From: Octopus sinensis
Taxonomy: Eukaryota
NCBI RefSeq assembly: GCF_006345805.1
Contig: NC_043002.1
Span: 51,646,001 to 51,710,000, forward strand
DNA: 64,000 nucleotides
Direction: 5' to 3'
The notes below the pieces were generated by a model, which ran no database searches, had not been told where the DNA came from, and worked only from the letters and a program-made list of their open reading frames with translations. The position numbers and the translations under genes were made by a program. Numbering within the stretch: the stretch's first letter is position 1; each line of letters starts with the position of its first letter. Positions 51,355-64,000 of the stretch are shown here, piece after piece.

Positions 51355-51903
51355 AGTGTGTGTGTATACATATAGGAAAAACAGAAGTGGAGTCCAAAAG
51401 TCGCAACAGCGGTTTCGGCAATATTTTGTTGACGCACCCTTAGATTACATCATGGCAAAATTCCACTATCTTCTGGTAAATTTTAAATAAAGAAACAAGT
51501 AAGGCAGAAATGCAAGTTGACTAGCTCACCAAACTACATGGAACAAATCGTGTTGTGACTACTGAACCACACTTATGTTTTCCTTTTATATACACTCTGT
51601 ACTGGGGACCACCTCAGGGTTAAAATTACAGTTTGTATTGACTCGAGTATGAATATACGCATTTGTCTATGTGCATTTGTATTTAGATCGATCTGTAATG
51701 GTATACACACATACAACCAAAAAGTAACAACTTTATATTTACTGTTGTGATGAAGAAAATAAACCAATAAGCTTTTGTAATTATACTTTTGTACATGCGT
51801 TTGTACATATACCTATATTATTACAACACCCACTCATCCATGCGTACATACGTAGACATATATAAATGTACGCACACACCCGCGCGTATATATATATAGA
51901 TCA

Positions 51904-52210
51904 CAGCATACATGTACACTACAACATAATTTCTTTTCCTCAACAGACCCTGCCCTATTTAACATTGTCCCGAAAGCGATCAAAAAGGAACAGGATCCCA
52001 TCAACTTTAAACGAAGTCTGGATAGATTCCTTCAAGGAATACCAGATAAGCCACCCATAATTGGATACAACTCACCCAACAAAAACTCACTACTTGAATG
52101 GACCATAAATAAAACTTGACTTAAACAGGATTCAAATGATCCTATCAGGTGGTGCTATTAAGTTAGACATGGCCTGGACCAATCATTGGTCGAAACATAT
52201 CTAAGTTTAT
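51904..52210 (+). mobile_element. 5'-truncated 3' end copy of the same CR1-like LINE
   Basis: High identity to 32505-32840, ending GGTCGAAACATATCTAAGTTT. Confidence 0.9.
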
Positions 52211-52248
52211 ATATATATATATATATATATATACATACATATATTATG

Positions 52249-52329
<81 letters not shown>

Positions 52330-52529
52330 GTGTGTGTGTGTGTGTGTATATGTGAGTGTGTATGTGTGTGTGTATATATATATATGTGGTATTATATAAG
52401 ATCCAAGGTTCAAGGTGGAGGAAGATAGTTTCAAGCAATCCGTAGTAAATATGAAAACAACTTTCAGGGAAAATAGTGATTTATTGAGACGGAATGCTGG
52501 GGATTTTTTCTTATATATATATATATATA

Positions 52530-52712
52530 CTTTTACTTGTTTCAGTCATTTTGACTGCGGCCATGCTGGAGCACCGCCTTTAGTCGAGCAAATCGACCAC
52601 AGGACTTATTCTTTGTAAGCCTAGGACTTATTCTATCGGTCTCTTTTGCCGAACCGCTAAGTTACGGGGACGTAAACACAACTGCATCGGTTGTCAAGCG
52701 ATGTTAGGGTGA

Positions 52713-52752
<40 letters not shown>

Positions 52753-52935
52753 TATATATATATATATACATACATATATACGACGGGCTTCTTTTCAGTT
52801 TCCAAATCCACTCACAAGACTTTCGTCGGCCCGAGGCTATAGTAAAAGACACTTGCCCTAGGTGTTACGCAGTGAGACTGAACCGGGAACCATGTGGTTG
52901 GTAAGCAAGCTACTTACCACACAGCCACTCCTGCG
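52530..52935 (-). mobile_element. SINE family A
   Basis: Full reverse-complement match. Confidence 0.85.
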
Positions 52936-53008
52936 CATATATATATATATATATATATATGTACTTTATTTACTATATATATATATATTATATATATATA
53001 TATATATT

Positions 53009-53096
<88 letters not shown>

Positions 53097-53136
53097 CATT
53101 GTGTGTGTATAAGGATGAAAAGGAACACACGAGTTG

Positions 53137-53546
53137 ATATATATGAAAAAATAAGTCAAAATAGAAAATGCTAAAATAATTTTATAAAGAACATTTCAGT
53201 ACCGGTTTCAGTCATTTTGAGACCTTTTCAACTGTATCGATGAAATAATTAAATTTAGAAAAGTTAAAAGAAATGTTTTTTTAAAGGAATATTTGTATAG
53301 TGTTCAAATATAAGTGGCATTTTCCTTGTTTCTGCCTTGCTCTGTCTCTGTCTTTCAAGGCAGAAACAAGGAAAATGCCACTTATATTTGAACACTATAC
53401 AAATATCCCTTTAAAAAAACATTTCTTTTAATTTTTCTAAATTTAATTATTTAATCGTTACAGTTGAAAAGGTCTCAAAATGACTGAAACCGGTACTGAA
53501 ATGTTCTTTATAAAATTATTTTAGCATTTTTTATTTTGACTTATTT

Positions 53547-53558
<12 letters not shown>
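53137..53558. repeat. Long near-perfect inverted repeat (arms ~203 bp, 16-nt spacer), each arm with a variant hammerhead motif; PLE pseudo-LTR-like
   Basis: Arms 53137-53339 and 53356-53558 differ at about 5 positions by eye. CAG-TTGAAAA-GGTC-tcaaaat-GACT-GAAACCGGT-A-CTG at 53461-53498, with its mirror in the left arm. Confidence 0.9.
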
Positions 53559-53597
<39 letters not shown>

Positions 53598-53881
53598 TAT
53601 ATAAGTTCCAAGCATTTTTACTCCCTCCTCTTACTTAGCGGTCATTCTAATAGCTCTTTTGTCTTAATAACGGTCAATCACACTGTAATTTCCCTTTGTT
53701 TTAACAGTCATGTTCATAGCATTTTTGTACAAGAATAATAAATTTGTATCTACAAAAGTATAGAGTAACCTTTCAGATTAGTGTAAAATTTGTAAAATTG
53801 TTTTTATTATGACTGAACTTAAAGACAAATTATTAATATATTTATATACACCTTTTATCTTTCATATACATGTGTGTGTGT

Positions 53882-53918
<37 letters not shown>

Positions 53919-53929
53919 TATACCAGCCT

Positions 53930-54900
53930 GTTTCCGGAAAAGCACTCCTAGCGGTCAACGATCAGCCTTTCTAAACTATAGAGAGATTCACCTACCTTTA
54001 GAGTACACTGTTAAGGAGTGCTCACATTGATGATGAAACGAACGCAAGGATAGCATAAGTTAACTCTGTCTTTGGACGTCATCGTTACAAGGTTTGGGAA
54101 AGACCACGTCTGATGTGTACAAAGCTGATGTAATGACAACGATATTTTATTGATGTGAAACCCAAACAGTTCACTAAGGTCATGCAAAAAACTTCATCAC
54201 ATTCTCCTACTATCATGCCCGTCGCTAAGGGTTTGCAATGGACGGCACTAGACAGCACTACAATTCAATGGTGCTTACAATTCAATGGTGCTCCCTTAGA
54301 TTTACAGTGATATACCTATTTCAAAACCCCTCTTTGGCTTTATTACAAATTAGTCTCCACCTAGAATATTCTGAAGCACCTCAAGGCACCAATGTCTGGC
54401 AACAGACCTGCCTGATATGCTTACAAAAACTTGTCCTCATCAAGTGGAAAGATAAAATTCATAATAATGCTGTGCTAGAGAGCCAGTACGCTAAGCATAT
54501 ATAAGGCGGGGAGCAGGTAGAATCATTAGCACGGCATGCAAAAAATGCTTAGCGGCATTTCATCCGTCATTTCATTCTGGTTCAGAATCTGCTGGGTTCG
54601 TCTTTTTGGGGTCGAGAAAATGAGCACCAGTTGTGCGCTGGGGTCGATGTAATCGACTTACTCCCTCCTGCAGGACTTGCTGGCCAATTGCTAAAATTTC
54701 AAACCAATATTTCAAGTATGTGTTTTTTTTCTAAATAAATTACAACTGCATGTGGACATGTAGTGCGCATGCCCGACCCAGACTCACTGAATAAATTGTC
54801 TTTGGCTAACTATTGTTGGCTCTCGGTGATGTAGTAGACCAAAGAGAAGATGCAAAGTCTCTCTCAATGCAAGCTTGAGATAATGTAATTTACAACAATC
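53930..54900 (+). pseudogene. RTE-clade LINE RT C-terminal fossil, interrupted by a SINE
   Basis: ERFTYL*STLLRSAHIDDETNARIA*VNSVFGR resembles FTYLGS..IDDEV..RIAKA..AFGRL; also IKWKDKIHNNAVL, and GHVVRMPD near 54770. Confidence 0.7.
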
Positions 54901-55574
54901 TGCTTGGGAATATTTTGCTCAAGGTTGTTTACATAGTACTCAGTACTTTGGAGTACAGTACACAAAACCAGGAATGAGCAGAAAAACTAAAGAGAAGAGA
55001 ACTGAGCGGAATACGAGAATCAAGACCCATAGGGTCCTGATGCGATTTTGTTTTTGTTCCACTGTTGCTCCGCCAATACTGGTTTAATAAGATACCTCAG
55101 GACCCACAAACAGTAAAGTTACTAGTCTTGTTATTTTCAGTAATTTGGTACGATCGTTTCACGCTACATCATTTTATTAAATATTGTAAATATTACAACA
55201 GTTTTAAAATGTTGAGCAATCATCAGCCATTAACAGAAGTTTACCATTAATACACAATTTTCATATTAATTGATAACATTATAGAGAAGGTAGATATACA
55301 GACAAAGATGTTGAATTGAATTTTAAGAACATTGAGGTAGTAGAGCTTATCTTATGACTGAAGAGTCCTTTAAGTTATTTTGAACTGCTAGAAGGTGGCG
55401 AGGCACATTCAGTTGAAGGAGACAAAAGGGGTTTTCTATTTCTAGAAATGGGGTTAAGTAAATGTCAGAAATTATTCATTAAGAAATAAAAGTGGAGAGG
55501 GAATTATAATGCCCTAGGAGCTATTTACTACTATTTGGTATAGGACTGTCATTCATGGTCATTCATGGCCGAAG

Positions 55575-55641
<67 letters not shown>

Positions 55642-55983
55642 GCCGAAGGGGGTTTATATATATATGAATGACCATAGGACTGTACCTAGAAAGTTCCCCT
55701 CCGAAGCACAAGTCTGGGCAAGGTTGCTTATGGAAGACCAGCAGTCGTCCATGCATACCACCCTCCGCTCTCCATGCCTCATGTGTTATCCAAGGAAAAA
55801 ATCAAAGGCTAATTCGGCTTGGCACCAGTAACGTCGCAACGCATTTCTACAGCTGAGTGAACTGGAGCAGCGTGAAATAAAGTGTCGTGTTCAAGAACAC
55901 AACACAGAGTCCGTCCAGAAATCGAACACTCTAACCACTGAGCCATTCGCTTTCACACAACACCCATCCGCCCTCACATAATA

Positions 55984-56045
<62 letters not shown>

Positions 56046-56121
56046 CACATGTGCATGGGTGAATGATAGATAACAGAATGAACAACATTCTTTACAATAC
56101 ATACATATACATATATACATA

Positions 56122-56676
56122 CTAGCTGAATAGCCCGTCTTTACCAGTCAATTTTTACAACAGAATGTCAGATATAAATTTTTATTCATTCCATGTCAGG
56201 GTATGCCTTCTCCGAGAGATAGGCCAGATTTATGCAATTTTTCGCCAAAAATCTTCGTTGAAGACCTTTTTTTCTTTTTGAATTATTTACATATGTCTTC
56301 GACTGTTTCACATGACTTTATTCATTAAAACTTCAGAAGTTCTTACAACTTTGGTCATCGTAATGCTTTGCTTTGGTTTGTTTAATAAAAATTCATCATC
56401 CTAATAATTTTGTTTTCATTTCCTGATAGAGAGCTATCATGCGGAAAATGCCAGCTTCCAAATCTTGTTTTCTGATTAGGTAAAATTGATTAAAATTTAA
56501 ACTTCAGCAACATTTCTAGAACAAATAACAAAATCGGATTTAACATGGAAAATGATTTCAATATACCAAATTTGGAAATTTTGACGTAATTATAAAATCT
56601 TACAATATGTGACAACAACAGGGAAGACCCTACAAAAGTAGAGATAGTCAGTTATAGGACATCACACACATACACG

Positions 56677-56759
<83 letters not shown>

Positions 56760-56780
56760 TTTGATCATATGAAAATTTAT
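56122..56780 (-). mobile_element. Non-autonomous Helitron-like element on the minus strand
   Basis: Minus-strand 3' end ...CTGGTAAAGACGGGCTATTCAGCTAG|T, with a (TG)n tract near the inferred 5' end. Confidence 0.45.
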
Positions 56781-57183
56781 TTCTTTTTAATAATTTTCAA
56801 TTATCAATATTTCATGAGGAAACTTTTCAGTTACTGAAATGAAATGCTAATTTTGTTTTTAATCTTTCTTTTCAGAAGATACGGTACTGCTCGTATGATC
56901 TCCGAAACTACTGTGAAAGAGAGAGAGAGAAGAAGGGAGAGAGAGGGTATCTTCAAATCGAGGACCTACCTTGAATGCTTGCAATAGAGCGGGCTCCGCT
57001 AAAGGTGCCAAGATACTAGGTGATGATTTTAAATTGCTCACGCTCGTAGCCATAGTGGGATTAGAACTCAGAACAAAAAGCCGGAGCTAATACCGCAAGA
57101 CATATGATTCGATGTTCTTACAGTTCCGCCAGTCCACAGCTTTGGTTTTGTACAATTTTATCGATTCCAAAGGGATGAAAAAC

Positions 57184-57531
57184 AAGGTCGACTTTGGAGG
57201 TAAAGTTGACTTAGGAGGTAAACTGACCGGGAGGTAAACTTGACCCCCACTGGCGAAGTTGACATCGGAGACAAAGTTTGCCCTAGTGGGAAAATTGACC
57301 CTGGAGGCAAATTGATCCGGAAGTAAAGTTGACGTCGGATGCAAAGTTGACTTGGGAGGTAAAGTTGTCCTCGAACGAAAAGTTGAACCACAAGTAAATT
57401 AGACCCATAGGCAAAGTTGACTCTGGAGACAAATTAATCCGGAGTAAAGTTGACCACGGAGGCAAAGTTAATCTACAGGCAAAGTTGACCCACAAGCAAA
57501 GCTGACCTACAGACAAAGCTGACCTAGGTAG
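57184..57531 (+). repeat. Minisatellite of ~20 units of 15-19 bp, consensus AAAGTTGACCYYGGAGGY
   Basis: Directly visible tandem units, continuous with a minus-strand SINE family B fragment at ~57055-57200. Confidence 0.85.
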
Positions 57532-59432
57532 AAAAAAAAAGATTAAAAATGAATTGACATTGGACGATACATGTATAAAATTAACAATATCAAACTATCA
57601 ACAAATAGCACGTTTACCCTTCTTGAACATGCTAATGGTCATTTCATGTGCCTTGATTTTACATTATCAAAGGCATTTGGGGTTCAATATTAAAAGTAGC
57701 TTTCAGAGCCCAGGAATTTCTGAGTCATTACTTAACTGTATTTTTTTCCTACAATCTATTTAAACATTTCAAATATGCAATGAAGACATAACAGATGTTT
57801 GCTTTCAGTGACTCATAGCATATCTATAAAGAAATCATAGAAAAGGAAGTAGGGCAATTTACCTCTATAGTTGCATTTAAGCGAGTATGATTTATGCAAA
57901 AGATCAGTCGTGTAAGGCCATCATAATAATGTTCTTGATAAGGAACCGCTAGTCATCAGAATAATAACAGATACGTAAAGGATTCTTTATTAAGGGATGA
58001 ATTTATCATTGAAACCATCCCCAGTGATGACACGAACACATCTATCTCACACGAGGTCAAAGCTCTAAGTGTTTTATAAATCTCAACCAACGCACCAACT
58101 AGATAACATTCACACATACTCTAATAAACATTAAAAAAACACAGAAAAGTAACGGAAATAGAAAATTCTTGACCGTTGATCAATCAAAGTTCTTGTTAAC
58201 TATTGACATTTCCGAAAGTTAAAAAATACGTTTTCCTCTTCTCTCTGTACCCTCTGAAAAATTCAAATTTGGATTCCAATAAAAGAAACTTCGATCTTTA
58301 GAAAATTCGGTCATGAACAACAAAACATATATTATGAGCTATGTGACCACTCTCGTCCAGAAAAAGGCTGAGCGGACGCTATTCAATGAAAGTTAGCAAA
58401 CGCTTCCTCTGGTATATAATGCTCCCTTGGCTGTCGTGCTTTCTCTAAGCTATTATCAGTTTAGAATGGCATGTCTACTTTTTCATTTCTAATAGAAGGG
58501 GCACGTTCTAATTGTCAGAATATTCGTGTATTACCAGCGGCCTCAGTATGGAAGGACGAATTTGACATGGCTGATGATGTGCTGGCCTGTAATGAAGCTA
58601 CGGCATTGGCAGAGAATACTGGACGTTGAACAGGCCTGGTTGTCATTTGTCTGACATGTCTTGGGTTTCTGGTATCTGGAATGTTGTCAAGCATTCACTG
58701 TTCTCTAACATTGCCCGACTGCAGCCGGTGATATTTCAATTGTTGTGTTCTGTAAGACGATGATGTTCTCGGGGGAAGACTCTGGGTGTTAAATAATATC
58801 AACTAAGCTAGAAAACTTTCAGCCCAAGTACAAAGAACTACTTCCAGAAATGGAAGGGAGCATTACTCTACAGTAATCGAAAAGCAATCAGTTGATTTTC
58901 ATTGATTTTCTCTCTCATTTACTTTCTGAACATTGCTGACTTGTTGCATGGAGGACAGATTTGGCTATCATCTGAGTTCGCACAGTTTTCCACAGTCTCA
59001 TGGAAACGGCGAAAGAATTCGATGGGAAAAAAATTGAAATTCTGAGGGCAAATACTTTTCTTTTCAGCTAAACCGGAACCAACGTTTTCAAGTAACATTT
59101 ATATAAGAAAGTAAGTGTAGAATAGGGGATGCTTCCGCCCAGTTATTGTAGGCTGAATATGACTCCCGTGAATGAAATTACCTGTCGGCTGGAAGAGGCA
59201 CTTGCCTTTAGTATTCAAGATAATTAGGATCTGCAAAGTTCCTTAATTAACCCGAAGTAACTGACCGTTATTGAAACGTTTTATTTCATGCCTTTCGCAT
59301 GTTTTTCTATTTTTTTCTATCATTATTTCCACGCCCCTCCCCTCATAATGGACTGTGCGCAAATCTCCACTGTTTTTGTCGTTTCGTCTTGTAAGGTATC
59401 TGTATCTGTTGCTATCGTCGAAAGTATCAGAA

Positions 59433-59433
<1 letters not shown>

Positions 59434-59479
<46 letters not shown>

Positions 59480-59585
59480 CACCACCACCACCACCACCAC
59501 TACTACTACTACAACCACCACCACCACCACCACCACCACCACCACCACAACCACCACCACCACCACCACTACTACTACTACTAGT
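59434..59585 (+). repeat. (TAC)n/(CAC)n compound microsatellite
   Basis: Direct inspection. Confidence 0.97.
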
Positions 59586-59988
59586 AGTCGCTGAATGATA
59601 ATGAAATTCACACATTCGATTCCCAATCTGCGTCAAATTTTCTTTTGTATTCCTTAATCGATTAATAACACTTACATAAATTTAGGACATAACTACAGAA
59701 TCGTGCCCCACAATCTTTTTTTTTTTTTGCCTCATGGCCCTCTAAAAATGGATATTTTAACAATAAAATTATCTAAAATCGTGCTTCAGAGAATATAGAT
59801 TACAATTACATGGGAACTTATTACGAAAAAAATTTTTTTACGGCGTGGAAAAAAGAGATTCAGATAATTCACACGTCTTGAATTTGTTTATAAGTTTCAG
59901 GAGAATGGGAATTTTTTTAATGACATTTTCTACAAATATCTTTCAGAAGTATATTACGAATTTAATGTAAATTATTATCATTAACATA

Positions 59989-60256
59989 GGCGCAGGTGTG
60001 GCTGCATGGTAAGAAGCTTGCTTCCCAATCACATGGTCCCGGGTTCAGTCCCACGGCGTGGTAACTTGGGAAATTGTCTTCTACTATAACTTCAGGCCGA
60101 CCAAAGCCTTGTGAGTAGAATTGGTAGACGGAAACTGGAAGAAGCCCGTCATAAATATATATATATATGTGTGTGTGTGTTTGTATATGTATATATATAT
60201 ATATATATAAAGTTAATCCAAACAAGAAAACAAAAAGACAACAACGCAAGGATGTG

Positions 60257-60291
<35 letters not shown>

Positions 60292-60475
60292 TATATTTGT
60301 GCCTGTCTTTGTCCCGCCTGGTGTGTTTATGTCTCCGTAACTTAGCGGCTCGGCAAAAGAGATCGATAGAATAATGACTAACTTTATAAAGTATAAGTTT
60401 TGGGGTCGATTTGTTCGACTAAAGGCGGTGCTCCAGCGTGGCTGCAGTCAAATGACTGAAACAAGTAAAAGAATA
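59989..60475 (+). mobile_element. SINE family A with a PLE-like fragment inside its microsatellite
   Basis: Family A head and tail. Further partial copies lie at 8125-8450, 10208-10310, 40385-40560, 41995-42150, 43345-43495 and 46080-46255. Confidence 0.8.
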
Positions 60476-60489
60476 AATTGTCCTCATTA

Positions 60490-62562
60490 CACTGATTTAC
60501 AGAGAAATTGAGATAAATATAAAAATAGTTGTTCTAGCCTAATTTTAGGGTGCTGATTTCACCCATCATCTATAGTTTTTGAGATATCTATTATTATTAT
60601 TTTTGTGACAATTCACGTAACCTTATATATGATCAATTTTTATTTTGTTTTCCAGATTTTTGCGATACATATGATACATAACTCTACAATGGCTTCAGGC
60701 ACTTCGAAACACCGAGGATGCATCAACAAGGCAAATTCATTCTGCTACGTATGTTGTGATTTCCCGATAGTTGCACAGCACCAAACACTTGCTTCCTTCC
60801 TGAGAATTGCTTACTTTCATTGTTTTGACAAGAAAATTGTAGATAAGGACAAATCCTGGGCCCCACATATCTGTTGTAAACTCTGTTACAAAGGACCAAC
60901 TGCGTGGTTTAACGGCAAGAAAGCAGCCTTCATTTTTGCTCTCCCAATGGTCTGGAGAGAGCCACGAAGCCATGCAGATGATTGCCATTTTTGTCTAACA
61001 AATATAACAGGTTTCAATGCTTCTTCTAGAAAAAAAGATTAAATATTCCAACCTTCACTCAGCTATGAAACCCGTTCCCCACTCAGATGATCTCCCTGTC
61101 CCTACACTCTCAGCAAATAAGGATCTTCTTCCTTCATCAGATGAAAAAATGCCTTCAGGGGAAGATTCTGTCAAGTCGATCTCTTCTGAAGACAATGTCT
61201 CTGTTTATCCAGGAGCAAGTGGCAATGAGCCTCACTGGATCACGCAGGAAGATCTGAATGACCTTGCCCGTGATTTGTATATCTCTAAACACCAGTCAGA
61301 GCTCCTGGTATCCCGGCTTAAGCAGTGGAACCTGGTCAGAGCAAATGTAAGGATCGCCAGCTTCAGGACACGGAACCAGGACTTCACTTCATTCTTCGAC
61401 ATGGAAAAAAGGTTGTCCTACTGCACAAATGTCTCTGGCATATTCACCAGGCTGAGAAGTCTGAAGGCTGTGTTCCTACACAACGGGATTAAATACACCA
61501 GCATTCCCATTGCCTACTCAGTCCATCTGAAGGAGTCGTATGACAATATGGAGCTTCTTTTGGAAGCTGTCAAGTACAATCAGTATCAGTGGAGTCTCTG
61601 CATGGACCTCAAGGTCATTGGGCTCCTTATGGGTATGCAAGTGGGCTTCACAAAGCACTGTTGCTTTCTCTGTCTCTGGGGAAGTCGGGCTGTATCCAAG
61701 CACTACAAGCAGAAGGACCGGGGATCAAGGAACACTTTCGTGCTTGGTGAACAGAGTGTCCAAGAAAATCCTCTGGTGGACATGAACAAGGTGCTTCTTC
61801 CTCCCCTTCATATTAAGCTTGGTTTAATGAAAAATTTCGTGAAGGCCATGGAAACAAAACTGCACTGCCTTCCAACACGTGCACTTTGTTCCCAGCTCTG
61901 AGTTCTCCTGAGCTCAAGGAGGGTATATTCGTCGGACCTCAGATCCGAGAGGTGGTGAAGAATAAGGACTTTGAGGAGTTTCTTACCTGAAAGGAACTGA
62001 GAGCATGGAAAATATTTAAGTCAGTCTATCATAGCTTCCTTGGTAACACACGGGTACTAGATTACGAAGAGTGTACCGAGAAGTTGTTACAGTCTTATGA
62101 GAATATCAGATGCTAGATGTCACTCAAAATTCACTTTCTCTACTTCCGCCTCAACTCTTTCCCGCCAAGGCTCGGAGCATTGTGTGATGAGCATGAAGAA
62201 AGGCTCCACCAAAATATTACTAAGATGGAGAGAAACTACCAAAGCAAGTGGAACCCCAGCATAATGGATGGTCTTGCGTGACATCCGGGGCAAACTGTCT
62301 GCTGTACTATGATTTGTGTGTATTTCATTTCCAAGTAATTTAGTTCCATCAATGTTCTGTATCTATGCTGCTTTTATTTTTCTGTAATATGCTTTTGTAA
62401 CAGATGAAATAAACACATTATATTTTGAATTTATATACAGTATAATTAAAATGGGTCATAGGGCAAAACTGTTTAGAAAATTGAATTCACCACATCAAAA
62501 TTAGTAAAAAAACAACTATTCACATCCTTGACTCAGAGTAAAAAAAAAATCGTAAAACATTG
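60490..62562 (+). mobile_element. Chapaev3-like (CMC superfamily) DNA transposon, full length but inactivated
   Basis: Starts CACTG and ends CATTG (degenerate CAGTG), with TTA on both sides (60487-89, 62563-65). Transposase motifs: FCYVC, KSWAPHICCKLC, PMVWREP..DCHFC, DLNDLARDL, DLKV, CFLCLW, LPPLHIKLGLMKNFVKA, MSLKIHF and DEHEERLHQ. Confidence 0.8.
60689..62270 (+). pseudogene. Chapaev3-like transposase, frameshifted
   Basis: ORFs 60605..61042 and 61017..61901 plus downstream frames form one collinear transposase with stops and frameshifts. Confidence 0.8.
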
Positions 62563-63212
62563 TTATTAAAGTAGATTGGCTTATTCGATAAAGATGCCGA
62601 GTAACTACTCTACAATATTTAGTCTCGTCAAGGCAGTGAGTTGGCAGAATCGTTATCATGCCGGGTGAAATAGCAGCATTTTATCCATCCTCACATTCTG
62701 GGTTCAAATTCGATAAAATAAGTACCAGTTGAGTACTGAGGTCGATATAATCGACTTGCCTACTCTCCTGAAATTGCTAGCCTTGTTCTAATATTTAAAA
62801 CACATATTTAGCTTCGTTCTCTTCGGTGTTCAAATCCTATCGTGGTTGACTTTGGCCTTAATCTTTCCATGGAGACCATATTGTAATATGTTTTTCAAGT
62901 GCTGCGTTATTTTAGTCATTTAATATCTACCACCCAAAAATCTTTGATTTTGTGTGAATGGCCAAAATCAATATCAACGAGTACTAGGAATGAGGTTTCT
63001 GCTAAGCCACTCTCCTGATATAGTATAGCGCAATGTATGTTGGCTCTGAGGAATATTTTAGAAGTTACACAAGCCCCCAGCTCTGAGTAGACTGTCTCTG
63101 ACTGTAAAATTGCTGTAAGCTAATAAAAATGATTACGTTCGTTCATCATTCATTACATTCTGTTCTCTCCTGACGCTTTACTCATAAGCACAGATATATT
63201 GAGTTCTACACA

Positions 63213-63281
<69 letters not shown>

Positions 63282-64000
63282 AAGGGTGTTCGGGCTAAAT
63301 TTGACGTTTTTCTAATGTCTCTTTTTTTTTCAGGGAAAATTTGATATATCGGTTAACAATCAACGGCGTTTGAAAGCATAAGGACTAAAGTTGTAGTTGA
63401 GAAAAAGTTAGCTGATATGCGTGGAGGACGGGAAGCCATCTACATTTTGGAAAAGAGTCATCTGTATCATGATGACTCGTGCCGGATATCAAAATTCCGA
63501 CATCATGACTGCTGTTCAAAACTCTGTAAATACTATGAAAGCTGAAAGACATGACATTGACAGCTGAAACGTAAACTGAAAAGTCGATCATTAGGAAAGC
63601 ACGCAGTAGACATTCTAACAGCACCTGCACGCCGGAATTCGTCTCCACATCTTAGAACAGGGTTTAGGATCACTTTAGACGGCAATGGCTGGACAGGATT
63701 GCTGTTGGAAGGTCAAATTTGTGGCAGCTGTATTCAGCACTTTGTCAATTCTTCGGAAAGAGTCAGAAGTTGCTATCGGGGTTTTTCTACAACTTCACCA
63801 GTCCCAATTTTTGGCCTCTTAACTCCCCCGATTGGAATCCCATAGATTACTATATGAGAGGAAGACGCCATTCTGACTGCAAGATACAGTGAGTGCTTCA
63901 TACGCCAGATTCCGGAGCCGTCTTGGGTTCGTGGTGGAAGCAGAGGGAGGCCGCTTTGAATAAAATGTTATCTCCCAGCAATAATCTAGTTGATGTTTTT
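63282..64000 (+). mobile_element. Deleted Tc1/mariner element of the maT (DD37D) type; its 3' end lies beyond the window
   Basis: WKRVICIMMTRAG..., RHSNSTCTPEFV, FWPLNSPDWNPIDYY (WPPxSPDLNPLDY) and the C-terminus RFRSRLGFVVEAEGGRFE*. Confidence 0.7.

Noticed and set aside
57087-57516. Repetitive ORFs (KVDxGG-like) over the minisatellite
   Set aside because: Unit lengths of 15-19 nt shift the frame, the unit derives from a SINE, and there is no splice or start context.
57880-58780. Possible RT fragments (VRVITGDG; CNYRG)
   Set aside because: The motif order is inconsistent and too decayed to call.
63385-63648. 87-aa minus-strand ORF
   Set aside because: It is antisense to the maT-type transposase remnant.

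Overview
AT-rich, repeat-saturated eukaryotic DNA. The tRNA-derived SINE families and the very high microsatellite load suggest an Octopus (coleoid cephalopod) genome; this is an inference from recalled repeat families, not a database match. I can reconstruct one host gene: a three-exon CHAC1-like glutathione-specific gamma-glutamylcyclotransferase on the minus strand (17295-17137, 11638-11603, 9801-9337; 219 aa; canonical GT-AG, all introns phase 0). Upstream of it lie CCAAT and GC boxes and a perfect ATF4-type CARE element. The rest is mobile DNA and simple repeats: at least four SINE families, a deleted Gypsy LTR element, a near full-length CR1-like LINE whose ORF1 carries tandem CCCH zinc fingers, Tx1 and RTE fossils, mariner/maT, hAT and Chapaev3-like DNA transposons, MITEs (one family carries TTAGGG repeats) and short Helitrons. 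There is a 100-N gap at 28005-28104. The most striking unannotated signal is five unrelated short modules between 26 and 54 kb that each carry a type I hammerhead-ribozyme-like core. Where intact, stem III is palindromic or near-palindromic, as in Penelope-like elements and retrozymes, and two modules are arranged as fold-back inverted pairs. Most TE boundaries are approximate and family names come from recalled motifs.
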